Shown: one piece after another, positions 17,030 through 22,734 of the stretch
Position numbering within the stretch: the stretch's first letter is position 1
How the letters are laid out: each line of letters opens with the position of its first letter
Assembly (NCBI GenBank): GCA_965369655.1
Contig: CBDUQR010000040.1
Coordinates: forward strand, 1-22,734
DNA length: 22,734 nt
Origin: an uncultured bacterium
GTDB lineage: Bacteria > Zixibacteria > MSB-5A5 > JAABVY01 > JAHJOQ01
Direction of reading: 5' to 3'
Program-made: the position numbers and the translations under genes
The notes under the pieces: model-generated
Database searches by the model: none
Told to the model about the DNA's origin: nothing
What the model saw: only the letters and a program-made list of their open reading frames with translations

Positions 17030-17172
17030 CAAACGGGAACGTTTCAACAGAATCGTAACATGATGTGATTTACCTAAATAGCGATGCGTGTCGATTGAGG
17101 CCTGGTGATGAATGGGAAGATTCGCCTTAATTCCGCCCGTGGAAACTGACGCGAATCTTCACACTGGATGGC

Positions 17173-18567
17173 TTAATCTTGTTTTCGCAGTGTCGAGAGG
17201 TCGATGCCGTGACTCGCGATCTTCTTCTGAAGGTTGGATCTGTCAATGCCAAGAATTCGCGACGCCGCGGTAACATTGAAGCCTGTGGATGTCAGCGCTT
17301 CAATCATGAGAGTTCGTTCGAGATTCCTGAGTCGCTGACTAAGAGTAGTCGTTGTTTCATCGATGGCGTATTCATGGTTCTCGATGTATGGTCGGATGTC
17401 GTCAGCAAGGATTATGTCGGAGGTGGTCAGCGCAATCGCTGAATCTATTGTGCTGAAAAGTTGTCTGACATTGCCGGGCCAGCCGTAATCGATCAGTGCT
17501 TTCATGGCGGATGAATCGATCACCTTCGGGCGCATGCCCTGCTCGACTGTCAGGCGGTCGACGAATCGTCTGACCATCAGGGGTATGTCTTCTTTGTGCT
17601 CACGGAGCGGGGGGAGCGGGATTACGACCCCGCGAAGTCGGTAGTAGAGGTCTTCCCGGAACATCTCGTCTTCCACGAGTCTCTCAAGATTCCTGTGCGT
17701 TGCACAGATCACGCGACAATCGGTCTTTCGTGGATCAGGTTCTCCCAGGCGCTGGTATTCTCCGGTCTCCAGAACACGGAGTAATTTGGCTTGCGTGGTC
17801 ACATCGAGATCGCCTATCTCGTCGAGGAACACTGAGCCACCGTCTGCATATTCGAACAGGCCGATCCGGTTTTCAGTTGCGCCGGTGAATGCTCCTTTGA
17901 CATGTCCGAAAAGCTCTGACTCAATCAGGTCGGGGGATTTGTGATTGCAGTTCAGGATTGCGAGTCTCTGGTCTTTTCTGCGGCTGTTGAAGTGAACGGC
18001 TCGCGCAACCAGTTCCTTGCCGGTGCCGGTCTCGCCCTTGATAGTGACTTTGCCATCACTTCTCGACACGCTGGCGATCAGGCTGAACACGCGCTGCATC
18101 GCTTCCGATTTGCCGATCATTCCATAGGCGGATTCAGCATGTTCTGTCAGCCGATGCACATCGGTCTTCAGCATGTAGTTTTCGACAGCATTTCGTATCG
18201 CCCGACTCAACCCTGAGATCGCGTCGCCCTTCAGCACATAGTCGAACGGTTTTTCTTTCTCGTCGATCTCATCTTCATCATAGTCGCCGGGATAGCCGGT
18301 GTGAAAGATGATTGGGATTTCAGCATTCATTTCCCTGATGCGCCTGGCGGCCTCGATACCGTCCATCTCGGCCATCTTTATGTCCATCACAATGGCTGCG
18401 ATATCGGTCTGGCTGCCGAACTGCTCAATCGCTTCGGAGCCTGATGATGCGCAGACCACATCGTAAGAATCAGAAAACAAATCGACCAATGTCCCCAGAA
18501 CATCAGGGTCGTCATCAACCATCAGTATTTTTTCAGGCATGCGTTCCATTTCAATTCGTTGTCTCAA
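17173..18567 (-). CDS. NtrC-family sigma54-dependent response regulator (REC, AAA+, Fis HTH); start may be 18549 or 18540
   Basis: Receiver (VDDD, MDIKM), GETGTGKE, ESELFGHVKGAFTGA, FLDEIGD, FREDLYYRL, WPGNVRQL and C-terminal HTH. Confidence 0.95.
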   Translation of the reverse strand: MRQRIEMERMPEKILMVDDDPDVLGTLVDLFSDSYDVVCASSGSEAIEQFGSQTDIAAIVMDIKMAEMDGIEAARRIREMNAEIPIIFHTGYPGDYDEDEIDEKEKPFDYVLKGDAISGLSRAIRNAVENYMLKTDVHRLTEHAESAYGMIGKSEAMQRVFSLIASVSRSDGKVTIKGETGTGKELVARAVHFNSRRKDQRLAILNCNHKSPDLIESELFGHVKGAFTGATENRIGLFEYADGGSVFLDEIGDLDVTTQAKLLRVLETGEYQRLGEPDPRKTDCRVICATHRNLERLVEDEMFREDLYYRLRGVVIPLPPLREHKEDIPLMVRRFVDRLTVEQGMRPKVIDSSAMKALIDYGWPGNVRQLFSTIDSAIALTTSDIILADDIRPYIENHEYAIDETTTTLSQRLRNLERTLMIEALTSTGFNVTAASRILGIDRSNLQKKIASHGIDLSTLRKQD

Positions 18568-20870
18568 TACGTTTCAGTGTCACGCTGATGCGGCATCAGT
18601 GTCAGGTTGAATGTAACGCCATCACCTTGATTGCTGCTCACCGAGATGCTTCCACCGTACATCTCGACTGTCTTCTTGACTATCGAGAGCCCGATTCCTG
18701 TCCCTTTCTCCGGTTTTGTGGAGAAAAAGGTATCAAACACTCGAACTGCGTCTTCTTCGGTGATTCCGCAGCCATTGTCAGTGAATTTCAATTCAACGGC
18801 ATCCCCAAGGTGCTGCCACTGTATAATAATAGCTGAATCTGTCCTGTTTGTCAAGGCATCAAGCGAGTTAAGCAGGAGGTTGTTGATGACAGAGTAGAAT
18901 TGCTTCCTGTTGGATTCGATCGTGAGTTCGGACTCGCCCTGAATCGTAATCCTCACGCCCAGTTCATCGATTCCGACCTGATTGGCAGCTACGACTTCGC
19001 TCACTGTCTTTGCGATGTTCACTTTTTCCGGCATCCGCTCAGAGTCGAGCCTGGTATATGTCGAGATCAGATTTGTCAGGTCAATTGCCCGCGACACCGA
19101 TTTGTCCGCTCGAACCGCATGCCGGGATGATTCACTGTCGTCAGCGGTATGCGCTCGTTTCAGTCGGCTGAGAGAGGCTCTGGCGGGGAAGAGGGCGTTG
19201 CGAATCTCATGAGCGAAACCGCCTGCTATGTCCTTCGCCTGCCTGAACTTTTCTGCCGCGACGAGCTTGTCCTGGGCCGTCTTCAACTTTCGGAGAGCCG
19301 TATCCAGTTCATCTCTTGCGACAGATATGATTCGATTCTTGGATCGCATCCTGTAGGAGTAGAACGCTACAAAAGCAACGATCAACATCATCGGGAGAAA
19401 TGCCGCCAGGAACGCCAGCCATGGTTTTCTGAAGAAAATGAGATTCCACGGGTTCCGTGCAATCGACAGCCTGAGAGCGCTATGTCCATTCTCGACTGCG
19501 AGGATGAGTTCCAGGCCTTTCTTGTTGTCGGCGGGCTTGTAAGAATATGATCCCGCGCGTGCCATCACTTCATCGAGTTGGGCGAGCGGCTCGAATGTGC
19601 CGCTCAGAAGCAGGGTTTTATTATCTGTGGACGTGGCAACAATCTGGTTTTTTCCGTTGCCGAGGAAATCACGGCAGTCCCAGAAATCTATGTTAGCGTA
19701 CACCAGATAGCGGGCGATTGGCTGGAGTTGCTGGTTGTAAACTGTGACTGTCCTGTCGCTGGTCGATACGAGCAGTTCCTTTTCCCCGTCAGCATCAAGA
19801 TCGAACAGGTTGATGGACGCGACAGTTTGTCCAGCCTCGAGCTGCATGGAATCGAGTACATGACCCTGTAAGTCGTAAATGCAAAGCTTGCAAGTATTGG
19901 AGATGCCCGAGACCCTTTGGTTGTCCACGGATACCGAGTACCTGACTGAAGCGAGAATATCCTTGATCCCGTCGTCATCATAGTCAATGAAGGTAACATG
20001 GGGGTTAGAGAAGATACCACCGGTCTCTGTTTTCCATTTCAGGTTTCCCTGCTTGTCGAGGGCAATGATATATGAGTGCTTATCGCTCATGTCATCGGTG
20101 ATTGCCGCATTGCCTTTCGATATTAACCCGAATATAAGAACTGTGTCTCCGCGCGCTGATTCGGGGCCAATGTAGAAATTTTCATGATCCATGAAAGTCG
20201 CTATATTAAAGGACCAGAGCACTTCGACATTGGTCCAGTCGAGACAGACGATCCTTCTCGGATACAGGTCATATCCCGTGTCGCAGTGAAGCAACAGTTC
20301 TACATTTCCATCGCCGTTGAAGTCATGGACTGCGAAGCAGCAAGCGCCCCCGTCCCAATAGCCACTGGAGTCTCTGTCCTGTCCGGAAGCGAACGGCATT
20401 CTGAGAAGATTTTGACCGTCCGGATCGATAATTTCGACGAAAACGGTATTCTGAACGACATAAGTTATGGCTACTTCCTGGACGCCGTCTCGATCGAAGT
20501 CGTATGGGAAGTCCGAGTTTATTCCGGGGGTATTGATATTGACATGACGGATCGCGTTCTGCTTCTCGATTTTGGAGTAGAATATGAATGATGTCAGAGA
20601 GTCACTCTCAAGCCAGTTATTGCATATCAGATAGACTCCGCTCGTGCCTGTGCCATATATGTCGAGCGGCACCATTCTACCTCTCGTGGGATTCTTCGAT
20701 CCCGACGAAACAAAATCCTCTCTGAAAAGTACTTGGAAGCGATACGGCAGGGCGAATTCGTCGTCGACCCTCTCGACGTGATAGACAGGTACCTGCGTCC
20801 AGTTGTCATCGCAGGACAGGGCAACCGACAACAGAATGGCAAGAGTCAGGATGCTAAGCAAGAACCTCAT
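18564..20870 (-). CDS. Sensor histidine kinase with an extracytoplasmic FG-GAP/VCBS-like repeat domain
   Basis: Signal with lipobox-like VALSC, five DxDxDG-type repeats, one TM (WLAFL..FYSY), a coiled coil, H-box FAHEIRN, N-box NLLLNSLDA, DNGCG and GTGIGL. Overlaps the response-regulator start. Confidence 0.9.
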   Translation of the reverse strand: MRFLLSILTLAILLSVALSCDDNWTQVPVYHVERVDDEFALPYRFQVLFREDFVSSGSKNPTRGRMVPLDIYGTGTSGVYLICNNWLESDSLTSFIFYSKIEKQNAIRHVNINTPGINSDFPYDFDRDGVQEVAITYVVQNTVFVEIIDPDGQNLLRMPFASGQDRDSSGYWDGGACCFAVHDFNGDGNVELLLHCDTGYDLYPRRIVCLDWTNVEVLWSFNIATFMDHENFYIGPESARGDTVLIFGLISKGNAAITDDMSDKHSYIIALDKQGNLKWKTETGGIFSNPHVTFIDYDDDGIKDILASVRYSVSVDNQRVSGISNTCKLCIYDLQGHVLDSMQLEAGQTVASINLFDLDADGEKELLVSTSDRTVTVYNQQLQPIARYLVYANIDFWDCRDFLGNGKNQIVATSTDNKTLLLSGTFEPLAQLDEVMARAGSYSYKPADNKKGLELILAVENGHSALRLSIARNPWNLIFFRKPWLAFLAAFLPMMLIVAFVAFYSYRMRSKNRIISVARDELDTALRKLKTAQDKLVAAEKFRQAKDIAGGFAHEIRNALFPARASLSRLKRAHTADDSESSRHAVRADKSVSRAIDLTNLISTYTRLDSERMPEKVNIAKTVSEVVAANQVGIDELGVRITIQGESELTIESNRKQFYSVINNLLLNSLDALTNRTDSAIIIQWQHLGDAVELKFTDNGCGITEEDAVRVFDTFFSTKPEKGTGIGLSIVKKTVEMYGGSISVSSNQGDGVTFNLTLMPHQRDTETY

Positions 20871-20898
20871 AAACCTCGATCGTACTGAATTTACAGGT

Positions 20899-20926
20899 AA
20901 TATAGTCAGGGCAGGTCTATTGTCAA
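20899..20926 (-). promoter_or_regulatory. Putative sigma70 promoter for the kinase/regulator pair
   Basis: TTGACA-N16-TATATT, about 30 nt upstream of ATG 20870. Confidence 0.55.
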
Positions 20927-20963
20927 CAAGCGCGAGCCGCTTTCACGACTCCCGCGGTGTCAT

Positions 20964-21239
20964 TCATTCAGTATTGACTGTCTTGACTGAACTGCGACCG
21001 GCGATGAAGTTATATAGCCAGCCAAAGATGGCTCCGCCAATTAGGCCATCAACTAACCCCCACAGCAGACCGATGACGCTACCCAAAGGGCTGATGTTGA
21101 AACCGCGATAGACATGTCCGAGCCACATCGGGTCGCCCGTCGAGCCCTCGAAGATCATGATCCACCACGTGACACAGAAGATTGCGAATCCCCAGAAAAG
21201 CCCTGATGCAAGAGCCAATGCTCTAACATTGAATTTCAT
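20964..21239 (-). CDS. Small 2-TM membrane protein (family commonly annotated as putative 'bacteriophage holin')
   Basis: 91 aa, M.FNV.ALALA.G..WG....WW...Y.G...S..GS.IG..WG.VDG.IGG..F.WLYN. AGGAGG RBS. No phage genes nearby. Confidence 0.7.
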   Translation of the reverse strand: MKFNVRALALASGLFWGFAIFCVTWWIMIFEGSTGDPMWLGHVYRGFNISPLGSVIGLLWGLVDGLIGGAIFGWLYNFIAGRSSVKTVNTE

Positions 21240-21335
21240 TTCCGACCTCCTTTCTTAGCTTACGGGAAAAGTACTGATTGGAAAGCCAGTCCGCAATCTA
21301 AAGTTATCGAGTCAACCGGGTTGTCAGCGAAATCC

Positions 21336-21695
21336 TCAACGGATGAGCCATAGGAAAGGACACGGGAGTCGTTCGAGTTCGTACGGTTTCGGCAGATAGT
21401 CGAAAGCTCCGAGCTTGGTGCATTCCACGGCAGAATCGAGCGAGCCGTAGCCGGTCAACATAATTACCTGCAACTCGGGATGGAACCTCTTGATCTCTCT
21501 CAAAACCTGATCGCCACTCATGCCCGGCATTTTCAGGTCCAGGATGACCACATCGATATCGGAATCGCTGCGAACCAGTTTGACGGCTTCAGTGCCGCTG
21601 TCCAGGTCGACAGTCTCGTAGCCGTGGAGGTTCAGTCTCTTCGCGAGGTTGGTGCGAAACTTATCCTCGTCATCTATGAGCAGTACCTTCGACAC
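21336..21695 (-). CDS. Response-regulator receiver domain, probably C-terminally truncated
   Basis: LLIDDE, LDLKMPG, LTGYG and DYLPKP are intact. After ELERL the expected final helix is replaced by PCPFLWLIR*. Confidence 0.8.
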   Translation of the reverse strand: MSKVLLIDDEDKFRTNLAKRLNLHGYETVDLDSGTEAVKLVRSDSDIDVVILDLKMPGMSGDQVLREIKRFHPELQVIMLTGYGSLDSAVECTKLGAFDYLPKPYELERLPCPFLWLIR

Positions 21696-21717
21696 TGTAA
21701 TTTTCCTGTGATGTCGT

Positions 21718-22271
21718 TTATTCGGTTTCTGCGTTTGCCTTCACGCATTTGGATACCTGGTCAAAGATATCCGACAGACGCAATACGCCTGTGATCTTGT
21801 TGCCTTGAGTGACCAATATCGATAGAGTCTGCCAGACAACAATCTTATGTATCGCCTCGGCCAGATCGGCCTTCTCGTCGATCGTCTGGGTGATGGGGGA
21901 CATGACCCGATCGACCTTGAGCCTGGCTGCCGCCCTGCAATGGTCCTGGAGTGAGTCGTTGAACAGCTTAGATGTTCCATCATGGCTTGGAGTGTCTGAG
22001 AATCAATGCCGGGTCTTCGGACCGTCTCCAGATCACCGAGGATGCTGTATTTTGGTTCAAGCGCCTTCATGAGTGCAAACGGCCCGACCTTTCCAACAAT
22101 GTGTCCATCCTGGTCCGTAACAAGTACGGCTCGATGCGATTGCTTGCCCGGCATGAGGTGTTGCTGGGCATGCTCGAGCGCAACTACTGCATCAAACAGT
22201 GTTGACCCCAACGGCACCACTGTATAGTCGGCAAGCGGTATCATCAGGTCTTTGACATATATCTTATTCAT
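21718..22271 (-). pseudogene. CBS-domain protein split by a frameshift near 21970
   Basis: The N-half (VKDLMIPL..Y..V...TL.DA...HRAVLV.D..G..VGK) continues in another frame as LFNDSLQDHCRAAARLKVDRVMSPI...LAEAIH...GVLRLSDIF. Confidence 0.8.
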
Positions 22272-22351
22272 GCTGATCTCCCAGTTAAGGAGTTCGAATT
22301 CTCAAACAGATCGCTATTGCTTCAAACAAGTCGCATACTAATGCAACAGTC

Positions 22352-22536
22352 CTAATGAATCGGCAGCACGATCGTGAAAGTGCTTCCCCTCCCAGGTGTG
22401 CTTGCCACCTCGATTTTTCCGCCAAGGCTTTCCACTATCCCATGGCTGACGGACAGGCCGAGTCCCGTTCCCTTGCCGACATCCTTTGTCGTGTAGAATG
22501 GCACGAAAATACTCATCAACACATCGTGAGTCATGC
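22352..22536 (-). pseudogene. C-terminal HATPase fragment of a histidine kinase, truncated by the IS481-family element
   Basis: [49 protein letters not shown]. Homology stops inside the expected DNGxG box, at the IS end. Confidence 0.85.
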
Positions 22537-22734
22537 GGTATGAACCGGTCAGATAGGTAACAGATTAAACCGGAGACATTAGGTAACAGGTTAATATGGG
22601 TATGAATCGACAAGGAGGTGATTCGTGCCCTGGAAAGAGACCTGTACTATGAAAGAGCGAGTCAAGTTTATCGGTTTGTATTCTGAGGAAGAATGGACAA
22701 TGGCAGAGCTTTGTCGCCACTTCGACATCAGCCG
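22537..22734 (+). mobile_element. Left end of an IS481-family insertion sequence (runs off the right edge)
   Basis: Tandem subterminal repeats AACCGGTCAGATAGGTAACAG (22543-22563) and AACCGGAGACATTAGGTAACAG (22568-22589), followed by the transposase start. Confidence 0.8.
22625..22734 (+). CDS. IS481-family transposase, N-terminal part (not in the ORF track)
   Basis: AAGGAGG RBS and GTG start. Translates as MPWKETCTMKERVKFIGLYSEEEWTMAELCRHFDIS.., the typical IS481 'MPWKE...ER..F......ELCR.F.ISR' HTH start. Confidence 0.85.
   Translation, partial: MPWKETCTMKERVKFIGLYSEEEWTMAELCRHFDIS

Noticed and set aside
21940-21990. Programmed ribosomal frameshift in the CBS gene
   Set aside because: No slippery heptamer is visible, and both neighbours are also damaged, so decay or a sequencing error is more likely.

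Overview
Bacterial chromosomal window with a mostly GC-rich core and mobile-element damage at both ends. The cohesin plus FlgD-Ig/CTD protein and the FG-GAP kinase suggest a Zixibacteria/FCB-like organism, which is inference only. Left edge: the terminal repeat of an IS3-family element (1-53) truncates an AT-rich, probably HEPN-type gene. The core follows, left to right: an OPT oligopeptide transporter; a secreted cohesin-like/FlgD-Ig protein; a self-promoted two-gene operon (small Cys4 protein plus an archaemetzincin homolog lacking all catalytic Zn ligands); deoC coupled to a degenerate RpiB with microcompartment-like N-terminal modules; a SAM methyltransferase; an S41 protease; mlaEFD-type ABC genes; a ThiI/MnmA-like PP-loop enzyme; an NSS symporter; a LuxR regulator; and an NtrC-family regulator paired with an FG-GAP-repeat sensor kinase. 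Two intergenic MITEs with shared 16-bp terminal inverted repeats and 4-bp target duplications each sit in the loop of a related REP-like hairpin. Right edge: a decayed kinase/CBS/receiver fragment cut by an IS481-family element that runs out of the window.
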